DNA of 64,000 nucleotides, from positions 160,001-224,000 of the forward strand of contig CAVVHS010000007.1 in the NCBI GenBank assembly GCA_963748215.1, given 5' to 3'. The translations under genes and the position numbers were made by a program. Source of the DNA: an uncultured Gammaproteobacteria bacterium (GTDB lineage Bacteria; Pseudomonadota; Gammaproteobacteria; UBA9214). The notes beneath the pieces are model-generated. The model made no database searches and had not been told where the DNA came from. It saw only the letters and a list, made by a program, of their open reading frames with translations. Positions 42,726 to 52,277 of the stretch are shown here, piece after piece. Position 1 is the stretch's first letter. Every line of letters begins with the position of its first letter.

Positions 42726-43217
42726 TCACAACCCGACCCCCACACCCACACCGAAGATGACGCGGGTGCGGTCGCGGGCGCTGTCGCGGGGCCACAGGTA
42801 GAGCTGCCCGGCATTGATGACCGGGTAGGCATAGTCCGTATCGCCGACCCGTCCGGCGCGCGTGCCGGTCACCGTCCCGGTCACACTGACCAGCCGGCCC
42901 TCGGCATAGCTGGCGGGTTCCAGGTAGCCGTCCTGCAGGAGGAGAAAGCGTCCCAGTGGTTCATTGTCGCGCAGCGGCCACTCGTTGCGATCGAGCGGGT
43001 AGGCCAGCACCTCGATCTGCGTGCGGTCCTGCAGGTTGGTGGTGGTCAGGATGACACCACCCCACAGCACTGTCTGCCCCATGGCCGTCTGCGGCTCCGC
43101 AGCGACGCCGCGCGGTGTCAGCGCGCGGTCGACCCCGGCGGTCTGGAAGGTGGGGCCGCTGGCGCAGGCACTCAGCAGCAGGAGCGGAATGACGAACAGA
43201 AAGCGACGCATCAGCAT
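42726..43217 (-). CDS. Slp-family lipoprotein
   Basis: LLLSAC lipobox, VLWGG, GRFL, YLEP, YPVI, C-terminal FGVGVG. Confidence 0.88.
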   Translation of the reverse strand: MLMRRFLFVIPLLLLSACASGPTFQTAGVDRALTPRGVAAEPQTAMGQTVLWGGVILTTTNLQDRTQIEVLAYPLDRNEWPLRDNEPLGRFLLLQDGYLEPASYAEGRLVSVTGTVTGTRAGRVGDTDYAYPVINAGQLYLWPRDSARDRTRVIFGVGVGVGL

Positions 43218-43229
43218 GTTGAACTCCAA

Positions 43230-43805
43230 TCAACGCCAGTAGCGGTAGGGGTAGGCATAGGGATAGCCGCGGTAATACCACGGACTGTACCAGCGATCGT
43301 ACCACCAGGGGTCGTACCAGGGATCATCGTAGTAGTGATAGGCATCGGTTTCCCTGGGCCACAGGTACCAGGCCTGCGCCTCGATGACTGGATAGCGATA
43401 GGCGTGTTCACCCACCTTGCCGGTCTCGCTGCCCTGCAACGTGCCGGTGACGGTGACCCGCCGGTCGGGGGCATACACCTTCGGATCCAGGAACCCGGGC
43501 ACGATGGCGATGAAGCGCCCGCTGCTGTCATCGGTGATACGGGGCTCGCCGTCACTGAACAGCGGCCGACCCAGCACCGTCAGCCGGGTGGCCTCCTTGC
43601 TGTTGTCGGTTTTGATGATCGTGCCACCCCAGCGCAGTTGCTGACCCTGGTAGATGTCGACCTGCTCGCTCACCGCCGTCGGCGCCGGGCTGTTGGCCGG
43701 CCCTTCACGGATCGGCTGGGGAATCTGCGAGGCGCACGCGCTCAGCAGCAGGGTGGCGAGCAGCGCAGTCAGGGCGGGCAGGGAGGCGTATCGGTGCATG
43801 GTCAT
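43230..43805 (-). CDS. Slp-family lipoprotein
   Basis: LLLSAC lipobox, LRWGG, GRFIA, FLDP, YPVI, YDDPWYDPWWY tail. Confidence 0.9.
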   Translation of the reverse strand: MTMHRYASLPALTALLATLLLSACASQIPQPIREGPANSPAPTAVSEQVDIYQGQQLRWGGTIIKTDNSKEATRLTVLGRPLFSDGEPRITDDSSGRFIAIVPGFLDPKVYAPDRRVTVTGTLQGSETGKVGEHAYRYPVIEAQAWYLWPRETDAYHYYDDPWYDPWWYDRWYSPWYYRGYPYAYPYRYWR

Positions 43806-43829
43806 TAATCCCGAAAAGGTCATTAAACA

Positions 43830-43860
43830 TTAGACAGCCATATACCTGTGAGTTGCATGG
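43830..43860 (-). promoter_or_regulatory. Putative ECF (sigmaE-like) promoter
   Basis: Minus strand CCATGCAACT-N16-TCTAA; shared with 34474-34505. Confidence 0.5.
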
Positions 43861-44006
43861 TCGCGCCAGTATTGGGCCAGGGAACGGTTGCCTGATTCGT
43901 CAGTGCAAGGATAGCAGTATCGAAGTGAATTATAAGCGACTGATTTCACAGTGGTAGTTTAATTCGTGGACCGCGTCCGCTCCAAGTTGGGTGGAGCTAG
44001 TGGGGT

Positions 44007-44668
44007 GTAGGAGCGCTTCTCAAGCGCGATTTTTTGGACGTAACAGGATCGCGGACGCGGTCCGTGAATAAACCGACCACCGCATTCGCGCATGAGATGC
44101 GCTCCTACAAAACAGGTGGGCCGGTTGATGCAGGGTGCGTTTTACGCACCGTGAACGGTGCACGAGGTGCACCCTACACCGTCTATTGGGGTAGGAGCGC
44201 ATCTCATGCGCGATGATAATGGCCACGGAACCACACGGAAGAACACGGAATAACAGATTATTGCAGGATGAGATGCAGGGTGCGTTTTACGCATCGTGAA
44301 CGGAAATGTAGGGTGCGTTTTACGCACCATGAACGGTGCACGAAGTGCACCCTACAACTGAATCAGAGGAAGTCCGTAGGGTGCGTTTTACGCACCGTGA
44401 ACGGTGCACGAAGTGCACCCTGCAATTGAATCAGAGGAAGTCCGTAGGGTGCGTTCTACGCACCATGAACGGTGCACGAGGTGCACCCTGCAATTGAATC
44501 AGAGGAAGTCCGTAGGGTGCGTTTTACGCACCATGAACGGTGCACGGAGTGCGCCCTGCAATGAATCACAGGAAGTGAAACGTGATTCGAAAAAGAACAA
44601 TGGCCACGGAACCACACGGAATAACAGATTATTGCAGGATGGATGTAGGGTGCGTTCTACGCACTGGC
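44007..44668. repeat. Large REP mosaic including four 68-bp tandem units
   Basis: GTAGGGTGCG at 44308, 44376, 44444 and 44512; GTAGGAGCG-family REPs at 44007, 44086 and 44191. Confidence 0.92.
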
Positions 44669-44739
44669 AACGGTGTATGAACTGCTCCGTATAACCACTA
44701 CGGCTGGATACATGCTGAAGGGAAACGAACCCCGCTCGC

Positions 44740-46137
44740 TTACCGTTTCCAGCCGCCTTTCCACCGGCGGGCCCTGATGTCCACCTGTGCCGATGCGGTC
44801 AGGCCCTGATCATCGGTCACGGTCAGCATGGCGATGTAGCTGCCGGGCTCGGTATAGACATGCGACGGATTCGCTTCACTGGCGAGCAGGCTGCCGTCAC
44901 CGAAATCCCAGCTATAGGCGGCAATGGAACCGTCGGGATCCTGTGATCCCGACGAGCTGAAATTCACCGTCAGCGCCACCCGGCCTCTGGTCACATCGGC
45001 ACTGGCCATGGCCAGCGGTGGCTCGGCCTGGGCCGTGGGCGGGACCGGTGTCGGGGAGGGTGGCTGTGCCAGGCTCGCCGTCAACAGGAAGCCGTGTACC
45101 TGCCCGTCCACCAGACCGGTGCCGACGACGCCGCCATCCTCGTTGATCGCGGTGGCGGCGGTCAGAATCCAGCCGGACCCGGGCGTGATCAGGTCGTTCA
45201 GGTCGGTCATCGTGCCGTTTTCCCAGAGGAAGGCATGATGCTGCGTCGGGTCGTTGAGGCTGGTGGGCTGCGTCACCAGCCATGAGGTACCGACGACCTG
45301 GTTGAGCTCATTGATATCCGCGGCGCTGCTGGTCAGTCCCCCGTTCAGTGTGCCCAGGTCCTGCAGGCTGGTTGCGTTGTAATCGTAAACGAAGGCATGC
45401 GCATACTGGCCGGCGCTCGAGTTGCTGCCGGTATCACCGACGATCACGTTCTGGTTGTTGATGGCCGCGGCGCTGCCGCCGTTGGGGATCGACAGGTAGG
45501 TCACACCGGCGAACGCGGGGGTCGTCAGGATGGCAGAGGAACCGGCCAGGCCGAAGCGGCTCCGGTTCCCCACGGCAAAGCCGCTGTCGTTGATATCGCG
45601 GAGCGTGTACAGGTCGGCATACACACCCTGACGGGAGCCGCGCGGGTACACGGTCGCGAGGCCGAGGTCAGCCCACTGGTCGGGCGTGTAGATGGCCGGG
45701 TCCAGCGGCAACGGCCTGGCCCGGTATGGATTGATAAGCTCATGGTTGCCCGCGATCTGGCCGGCCTCGTTGATAGCGTAGCCACCATAACCGTCCCATT
45801 CCTGCAGGGTGCCGTCGAACAGAAAGGCGCCGGTCAGTGTCGTGCCGGTGACCTGGTTGGCTTCGTTGACCGCATGGGCTGCCGTGGCGCCGGGGATGTC
45901 CTCGAGCTGTCCACCGGACAGCCAGCGAAAGGCGATGCTGCCGGTGGCCGTCCTGCGTGAGCCGACGATCGTGCCCTGGTTGTTGATGTCGGCGGGTGCT
46001 ACATCGACACCGAGATCGATCAGTTCATAGGGGGCGGCAAACACCGGGAGCGCGACAAGAGGTCCTGTCAGGAGCGCCAGTAATAGAGCGCTCGACCAGC
46101 GCCCCCGGTGTTGCCGAAAACGGTTTAGGTTGTTCAT
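44740..46137 (-). CDS. Secreted HAF-repeat protein with a C-terminal PKD domain
   Basis: Signal peptide; HAFVY, HAFLW, DLGTL and INxxxxVVG repeats; SQDPDGSIAAYSWDFGDG PKD motif. Confidence 0.88.
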   Translation of the reverse strand: MNNLNRFRQHRGRWSSALLLALLTGPLVALPVFAAPYELIDLGVDVAPADINNQGTIVGSRRTATGSIAFRWLSGGQLEDIPGATAAHAVNEANQVTGTTLTGAFLFDGTLQEWDGYGGYAINEAGQIAGNHELINPYRARPLPLDPAIYTPDQWADLGLATVYPRGSRQGVYADLYTLRDINDSGFAVGNRSRFGLAGSSAILTTPAFAGVTYLSIPNGGSAAAINNQNVIVGDTGSNSSAGQYAHAFVYDYNATSLQDLGTLNGGLTSSAADINELNQVVGTSWLVTQPTSLNDPTQHHAFLWENGTMTDLNDLITPGSGWILTAATAINEDGGVVGTGLVDGQVHGFLLTASLAQPPSPTPVPPTAQAEPPLAMASADVTRGRVALTVNFSSSGSQDPDGSIAAYSWDFGDGSLLASEANPSHVYTEPGSYIAMLTVTDDQGLTASAQVDIRARRWKGGWKR

Positions 46138-46585
46138 TTTTCATTTACCTCGTGCTGCATGGACCGCTGCAAAAGACTCCTCCGTTTGCCTGGCGGTAAT
46201 CAGGATGCCGGGCGCTGCGTGCAGCCCTGGTGTGGCCGCTACCCGCGTACTGATGGGGATCGACTCTACTGCCAGCCGCGCCGCAGGATTCGGGATGCCT
46301 ATCCCAGTCCTGACATCACCTGCCTATCAAGCAAGCATCGGGCCAAGAGGGATAAGCGATTGATTTATGTCAATTATGAATATTCCGTATGGAAAACAGC
46401 GTGTTCAGAACAGGCCAAACCGTCTCCGGCCAACGACAGTCCGGAGGGTGCAAAGGGCAAGTGCCTGTATGACTGACAGATCTGTCATCGCCAGATAGCG
46501 ACAGTCTGGCCCGCTTCGAGGCAACCCGCGTCCCGTCAGTCAGCAGGGCATAGGGGCCAGGTAACAACCGCGTTATAAAAGCGAC

Positions 46586-46760
46586 ATGCAGGGTGCGTTT
46601 CACCCACCGAAACGATCGATGCAGGGCGCGATTCACGCACCGGGCATCCTATCGATGTAGGGTGCGTTTTACGCACCATGAACGGTGCACGAAGTGCACC
46701 CTACAAATGAAACACCACCGGGCATCCTATCGATGCAGGGTGCGTTTTACGCACCGGGAG
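46586..46760. repeat. REP cluster
   Basis: Four or five GGGTGCGTTT(T/C)ACGCACC-like hairpins; CACCGGGCATCCTATCGATG duplicated. Confidence 0.8.
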
Positions 46761-46965
46761 GAGTGCGCGCAACCCACCCTGACTAATCCAAATATACTAA
46801 TTCCCCCAACAAATGAGCGTGTTAACATGCCCTTGATTCGAGAGACGGGCTGCCCCGCAGACAGCGGAGCGGCTCTGCCGCCACGGACCAACTATTGCCG
46901 TAGGAGCGCTTCCCAAGCGCGATTTAATACCGAAAACAAACCACCAGGACCCAAACCCTCACCCC

Positions 46966-47325
46966 GTGAAATCACTCGACCAGATCAAACACACCCTCCG
47001 CGACTTCGCCGCCGAGCGCGACTGGGACCAGTTCCACTCCCCGAAAAACCTCGCCATGGCGCTCATCGTCGAGGCCGCCGAACTCGTCGAACACTTCCAG
47101 TGGCTGACCGAAGAACAAAGCCAGACCCTGCCACCCGACAAACTCACCGAGGTGGAACAGGAACTCGCCGACATCCAGATCTATCTCATCCGTCTCGCCG
47201 ACAAACTCGGCATCGACATGGAAAAGGCGGTGAATGCCAAGATCGAACTGAACGCGAAAAAGTACCCGGCAGACAAGGTGCGCGGCAAGGCGGCGAAGTA
47301 CAACGATTGTGATGATGGGTGCTAG
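46966..47325 (+). CDS. MazG-like nucleotide pyrophosphohydrolase (dCTP pyrophosphatase-like)
   Basis: FAAERDWDQFHSPKNLAMAL..EAAELVEHFQW, ELADI, KIELN..KYP. Confidence 0.92.
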   Translation: MKSLDQIKHTLRDFAAERDWDQFHSPKNLAMALIVEAAELVEHFQWLTEEQSQTLPPDKLTEVEQELADIQIYLIRLADKLGIDMEKAVNAKIELNAKKYPADKVRGKAAKYNDCDDGC

Positions 47326-47333
47326 TGACAAAC

Positions 47334-47462
47334 GTAGGGTGCGTTCCACGCACCGGCAAATGTGTATTTCACGCACCAACAACGAACCAGGAAAAGACGT
47401 AGGGTGCGTTCCACGCACCAGCAACGAACAGGGAAACCGTAGGGTGCGTTCCACGCACCGGC
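47334..47462. repeat. Three direct GTAGGGTGCGTTCCACGCACC REP copies
   Basis: Exact 21-mer at ~47334, 47399 and 47439. Confidence 0.85.
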
Positions 47463-47542
47463 AAGCGCTGAAGCGATTTGAGCACTCACTTGGCCTGCTC
47501 AAGTGATTGGCTTAATGGCAAGAAAGATAGGTCGGAGGATGT

Positions 47543-48136
47543 ATGTTGCGAAAAGAAGAACCATTTTCTGGCACCCCGGAAACAAAGTGGTTGTCAGATG
47601 ATAAAAAACCGGACAGGGAAATGCAGTTGCTGCAGGATTTTCAATACACAGACCCAGATAATAAGAACTGGTCTGCCAAGGCAGGGGACATCATAGATGG
47701 AGCATCCATACCACGTTTTCTCTGGACGTTGGTAGGAAGTCCCTATACGCGTGATTACAGGCGCGCTTCTATCGTGCATGATATTGCAGTACGCGGTCTC
47801 GGGAATACGCATGAGAGAAAACTGGTGGATAAGATGTTTTATCACGCATGCAGGGATGGAGGCTGCTCTGTATTTGAGTCGTGGATGCTATATCTAGGCG
47901 TACGCATTGGGTCATGGCTAAGCGAAGAAGATAAAGTGAATTATGATGAATTTGAGTGCCTGTCACGTGATCCAGGAAAGTTAGATAACATTTCAAAAGG
48001 CATGAAAGCCAAATTCAACGAGATGGTCGAGAAGTTGCGTCTATATGTAGATGAGACTTCTTTTGACGTCATTGACCGGGAAATCGATAAGATGCGCGAT
48101 GAGCTTGTAGAGAGTGGAACGTTACGCGCTCGATAA
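47543..48136 (+). CDS. DUF1353-family protein
   Basis: DGASIPRFLW..GSP...ASIVHD...DKMF...MLYLGVR; GGAGG RBS; lower GC. Confidence 0.8.
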   Translation: MLRKEEPFSGTPETKWLSDDKKPDREMQLLQDFQYTDPDNKNWSAKAGDIIDGASIPRFLWTLVGSPYTRDYRRASIVHDIAVRGLGNTHERKLVDKMFYHACRDGGCSVFESWMLYLGVRIGSWLSEEDKVNYDEFECLSRDPGKLDNISKGMKAKFNEMVEKLRLYVDETSFDVIDREIDKMRDELVESGTLRAR

Positions 48137-48298
48137 CCAGATAATTGATATAGGAAAAACTGCACCAAAGAACAATGTGTGGATGGTGCGATCTGCATCT
48201 GGCGGCCGCCTGGTGGGGATGGCGGTTGAATGCGTTTTGTGTTCTGCATCGGACATCTCTCGGTACAGTGAGGCATTCTTGCGCGAGTAGGGGAAAGG

Positions 48299-49006
48299 GT
48301 GACATACAACGATTGGCTCATCGAGATCGGTAAATCCAATAGGACAGCGAATAGTTATTCGGGTGCGATTGCCGGATCGATATCGGCTTGGGCTAGGGAA
48401 GCCGGCCTTTGTACGAAAAACCTAGATGATGTTTCATCCGTGGATGAGCTGCGCACGATCGCAGAAGGCCTAAAAGAGTTCGCGACTTTCAAAGAACAAA
48501 ACAAGCGCGGCAATTCCATGTATAGCAGCGCGTTGAAGGCCTACATAGAATATCGCAAACGTGAAGCTCCGGAGGAATTCGAGGCTGATGTTAATGACAT
48601 CATGTCGGATAACCAGATCGCCAAAACCGAAAAAGCGACATATATCAGCGCGCGTGTCGGGCAAGGCAAGTATCGTAGTGACTTGATCGGTTATTGGGAG
48701 AAGTGCGCGTTAACCGGTTTTGCCGATACTCGATTCCTGGTCGCTTCGCATATCAAGCCATGGCGTAAATCCAGCAACAGGGAGCGGCTGGACCCGTATA
48801 ATGGTCTGTTGCTGCTACCGAATCTCGACAAGGCTTTCGATCTCGGTTTTATAACCTTCGCAAGCGGTGGTCACATAATCGTTTCCAACCGTCTCGAAGA
48901 TGAAAGCAAGCTGGGTGTTTCTCGTGACATGCACTTGAGCCTCGAAGACTGTCATCAGGAGTACATGGAATTCCACCGAGATGTTGTCTTCGAGCGGCTT
49001 GTTTAA
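48299..49006 (+). CDS. HNH endonuclease (restriction-type) with an N-terminal helical domain
   Basis: RVGQGKYR, CALTG, LVASHIKPW, NGLLL..NLDKAFDLGFITF. Confidence 0.9.
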   Translation: MTYNDWLIEIGKSNRTANSYSGAIAGSISAWAREAGLCTKNLDDVSSVDELRTIAEGLKEFATFKEQNKRGNSMYSSALKAYIEYRKREAPEEFEADVNDIMSDNQIAKTEKATYISARVGQGKYRSDLIGYWEKCALTGFADTRFLVASHIKPWRKSSNRERLDPYNGLLLLPNLDKAFDLGFITFASGGHIIVSNRLEDESKLGVSRDMHLSLEDCHQEYMEFHRDVVFERLV

Positions 49007-49127
49007 AAAATAAAGTGACCGGATGCATTTATTGATAATTGATGGGAAATGCCAGTGAGCTGGTTTAATGACGATGGGTGCGTAATTTAGTTGCGCTTCA
49101 GGTACTAGATCAAGGGATGGTTTCAGT

Positions 49128-50039
49128 ATGTCTATATGGACAATCGACTTACTCCTGATGTTGCCAATGCTGTTGTCGCTTGGCGCACTATATTTTTGGA
49201 TATACAGAAAGAAACGTGAAGGACGTAAATTCCCGTTTTCCGATACTGTATTGCGTGTGCCGGGCCTGGGTTTGTCGCGCCAGCTCGACGAAATGTCATT
49301 TGATCTGGCAATTTATTTTGGGTTGATACCGCTTGCGCCGATTGTTGTCTACGCAATCTATTTACAACATCTTGTCGTTCATGAGCGCCAGCTTTCGTCC
49401 ATTGTCGCGATATTTCTATTTGTCGCGGCAGTGGCAGTAACTGCGTCTTTTGTGGTTCAGAGCGTCAGGCTTCTGAATCGAAGGTATTATTGCAAGCTGG
49501 GTCATGCGGGTGAAGTGGCTGTGGGTGGGGCGCTTAATGAGTTGATGCTGCAAGGCTATCACGTATTTCACGATATTCAGGGCGACAATGAATTCAATAT
49601 TGACCACCTCGTCGTCGGTCCTGCTGGCGTGTTTGCGGTCGAAACAAAAACCAAAACTAAATTGAAGAAGGGCGCACAAATCAAAGATACGCATAAAGTC
49701 ACCTTCGATGGCGATGCCTTGTATTTTCCGGATAATCCAGACTATCCGCACAAGGATTTTCTAAATCAAGCGGAGCGCGGTGCGAAGTGGATAAGCAAGT
49801 GGTTAACCGCGGCGGTGGGGGAACGCGTTGATGCGCTGCCGGTTCTGGTCATGCCGGGCTGGTTTATCACGATCAAGAAGCCAGGGCGAGTTATAGTATT
49901 GAATCATAAACAGTTACACGAGCTTCCCAAGGTAAGGAAACAGCCGCTAGACAAGGCAGCAATCACGCGGATCACATATCAGATCAAGCAGAAATGCCAG
50001 CATGACACCCTGGTCCCCGGGGTATTGGCTGCCAAATAA
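49128..50039 (+). CDS. Membrane-anchored NERD nuclease-domain protein
   Basis: 3 TM helices, then GHAGEVAV, VFHDI, NIDHLVVGPAGVFAVETK. Confidence 0.88.
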   Translation: MSIWTIDLLLMLPMLLSLGALYFWIYRKKREGRKFPFSDTVLRVPGLGLSRQLDEMSFDLAIYFGLIPLAPIVVYAIYLQHLVVHERQLSSIVAIFLFVAAVAVTASFVVQSVRLLNRRYYCKLGHAGEVAVGGALNELMLQGYHVFHDIQGDNEFNIDHLVVGPAGVFAVETKTKTKLKKGAQIKDTHKVTFDGDALYFPDNPDYPHKDFLNQAERGAKWISKWLTAAVGERVDALPVLVMPGWFITIKKPGRVIVLNHKQLHELPKVRKQPLDKAAITRITYQIKQKCQHDTLVPGVLAAK

Positions 50040-50103
50040 ACTGCAAGCATCAGCAAAATAAATGAATAAATGCGGTCAGACCCCGGTTTTCACTAAAGAT
50101 AAA

Positions 50104-50157
50104 TGGGGTCAGAGCACAATTATTCATAAAATTAAGAGTAATCGTGCTCTGACCCCA
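50104..50157. mobile_element. Mini inverted-repeat element, GGGGTCAG type
   Basis: TGGGGTCAGAGCAC / GTGCTCTGACCCCA, 14-bp perfect IR with an AT-rich spacer. Confidence 0.7.
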
Positions 50158-50218
50158 GTTTCTTGACCCTGTTATATGCAGGTTAAATGAATTACCGCAC
50201 GAAACTATTACCGTCTAG

Positions 50219-51187
50219 CTACAAACAGGCACTCGCTTCCCCTGATGTGCCGAGCCAGAACCCCAGGTTCTTGTCGAGAAATTCCTCCCAGGGCATGTAA
50301 TGGGAGCCGTCACACGAGAAGGTCAGGCCGATGAGGCCGTTGAAGATGTTCAGCATGCCTGAGCGCAGGTAGATGGTTTCATCCATGAACCTGAGGTCAC
50401 GGAAACAACTCAGGATCCTGGCAACAGCCTCTGCCGGGATGGCGGCATCGGCCGGATAGTCCCGGCGGGGATAGGCCAGGCAGAGATCGGGGTTGGTGAG
50501 CTCATCGATGCCGTGGATGCGGAAGCGATACGGGTCTTCCACCGTCCAGAGGGTGGCGCGGGAACTGGAGAAGTGCAGCTTGGCATGGAAAATTCCGTTG
50601 ACCGTTATCAGTTCTGCCAGCAGGTCCAGTACCTCGTCGATGTGCTCGTCCATCGGGCTGGTCGCCCGCACCTGGTGGAAGAGGCCGGAGCGGATGGCCG
50701 GATCGCCCTTGAGCTGCATCCATTGATCGGGTTGCTGGTACAGGGCCTGCGTGGCGGGCAGTTCACGCAGGTCGAAGTCCGCCCCGAGATAGCCGAGCAG
50801 GCGGCCGTCGTCTGCACGGATGAGCTGGACGGCCGTCAGTGAGGGGCGCCGGGCATTGCGACTGATGTAGGCGTCGGAGAGGGAGAAAGGCGCGCCGGCC
50901 AACGCACTGGCAAGATACGGGCGTTCGCTGCGGTCACGGCCGTACTGTGATTCCAGCAGGCCGTCGCGGGACGCATTGGAGGTGATCTGGTGCGCGCGCT
51001 CATCAAGCAGGTAGAGATACTTGCAGTACGGTAGCTCTGCCATGCCCTCCATCAGGCGCGCCTCCAGGGCCTGCCGATCCGGCCAGCGCTGTTTGCAGTC
51101 GTCCGCAATGTTGACCAGCGAGGCTGACAGCCAGCCTTTCAGGATGTCGCGCTGCCGGTCAATGGATTTCTGTAGAGTGCTTTTCAT
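50219..51187 (-). CDS. Soluble PDC/Cache-like sensor-domain protein
   Basis: YLYLLD...DRSERPYL...LSDAYIS...SLTAV...GYLGADF Cache-like pattern; no TM helix. Confidence 0.75.
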   Translation of the reverse strand: MKSTLQKSIDRQRDILKGWLSASLVNIADDCKQRWPDRQALEARLMEGMAELPYCKYLYLLDERAHQITSNASRDGLLESQYGRDRSERPYLASALAGAPFSLSDAYISRNARRPSLTAVQLIRADDGRLLGYLGADFDLRELPATQALYQQPDQWMQLKGDPAIRSGLFHQVRATSPMDEHIDEVLDLLAELITVNGIFHAKLHFSSSRATLWTVEDPYRFRIHGIDELTNPDLCLAYPRRDYPADAAIPAEAVARILSCFRDLRFMDETIYLRSGMLNIFNGLIGLTFSCDGSHYMPWEEFLDKNLGFWLGTSGEASACL

Positions 51188-51219
51188 ATGGCTGGCGGAG
51201 ATTATAGCCCAAAGTTAAT

Positions 51220-51429
51220 GGTGTCAGAGCACATTTGACTCTTACATAAGTACAAGGATCTTGCCCTGATTGAGCGGGTAACACATCAATACAGACGAGA
51301 TGCCTTCCTGCTGATGGCAAGGTTGTTGGCCGAATGAATTCGGCCCCGCAACGGGAATCTATCCACTCGATTTGGGGAAGCGCCAGGCAGAAAATGTGCT
51401 CTGACATCATTGTTTCCACTCTGACACCC
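51220..51429. mobile_element. IR-bounded element, GGTGTCAG type
   Basis: GGTGTCAGAGCACATTT (51220) / AAATGTGCTCTGACATC (51392), 16/17 match; extra CTCTGACACCC at 51419; the internal ~70 bp is repeated at 59150-59219. Confidence 0.65.
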
Positions 51430-51449
51430 ATTATCTTACGGAGCATGAA

Positions 51450-51797
51450 GTGACCACTGTAGACAAGAATCCGCCGTCCTGTTCACTTCCTGCTGGCCCG
51501 GATCTGTCGAAGCTGGCGGTTGTGGAACTTTCGCCGGTGGAACGGCTGGCGGACTACACGGCGGCCATGAGTCTCGCGAATGCCGAGGCAGAAAAGCGGC
51601 TCGGTGAACACATGCTGTTGTCCTGGTATGACCGCGACAGGGATTTCGAGTCACCGCAGCATGCCAGTGAGTGCCACCTGGACAGTGCCGTACCCGGGTA
51701 TGCGGATTACGGGGTCTACCACGGTGCAACGCTCAAGGTGGATATCGAGCAGGGTCGCTTTGTGTTTTTCTATCTGCCTGTCGAGATGCCGGAATAA
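51450..51797 (+). CDS. AF1514-like family protein
   Basis: MLLSWYDR...ESP...EC...PGY..YG..HGA.LKVDI..GRFVF; GGAG RBS. Confidence 0.7.
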   Translation: MTTVDKNPPSCSLPAGPDLSKLAVVELSPVERLADYTAAMSLANAEAEKRLGEHMLLSWYDRDRDFESPQHASECHLDSAVPGYADYGVYHGATLKVDIEQGRFVFFYLPVEMPE

Positions 51798-51872
51798 CCG
51801 GCCACTGCCTCCATTTGTCCTGAAAACATCGGTAAACTGACAGCTCTGTCCTTGAAGCCGCGGAGAACTGCC

Positions 51873-52277
51873 TTGTCATCCGACGATGAAACCCGGAGCG
51901 AAGAACCCGTGCCCTCTGCCCTGGTGGCTGCGCATATTGTCTACGGGCTGCATGCGCTTGCTATCGTGCTGGGTATAACCGGGGGCGCAACCGTGATCGG
52001 CGGCTTCGTCGGGAGTGCGCCATCGATCATCGCCGTCATTATCAACTATGTGAAACGCGGTGGTGCGCGCGGCACCTGGGCTGCATCGCACTATCGCTGG
52101 CAAATCCGCACATTCTGGTTTGCATTGCTGTGGCTGATCATTGCCATGCTGTTGATTGTGACCCTGGTCGGCGCCCCGGTTGGGCTGGGCCTGCTGCTCG
52201 CCCTGACTCTCTGGTTGATCTATCGTATTGCCCGCGGCTGGCTGCGGCTGCTCGACAAGCAGCCAATGTATGTTTGA
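51873..52277 (+). CDS. DUF4870-like membrane protein
   Basis: IIAVIINYVKR, SHYRWQIRTFW, WLIYRIARGW. Confidence 0.8.
   Translation: MSSDDETRSEEPVPSALVAAHIVYGLHALAIVLGITGGATVIGGFVGSAPSIIAVIINYVKRGGARGTWAASHYRWQIRTFWFALLWLIIAMLLIVTLVGAPVGLGLLLALTLWLIYRIARGWLRLLDKQPMYV

Noticed and set aside
44308-44560. CRISPR array (the 68-bp period is CRISPR-sized)
   Set aside because: The whole unit is repeated; there is no variable spacer
46140-46480. c-di-GMP or other riboswitch in the long leader of the HAF-PKD gene
   Set aside because: I could not match the conserved GEMM or other aptamer core by eye; an Infernal/Rfam scan would decide
50104-50157. Tn3-family terminal repeat (GGGGTC start)
   Set aside because: Similarity is limited to the first bases; no 38-bp IR ending TAAG, no TnpA or resolvase, and no 5-bp TSD seen
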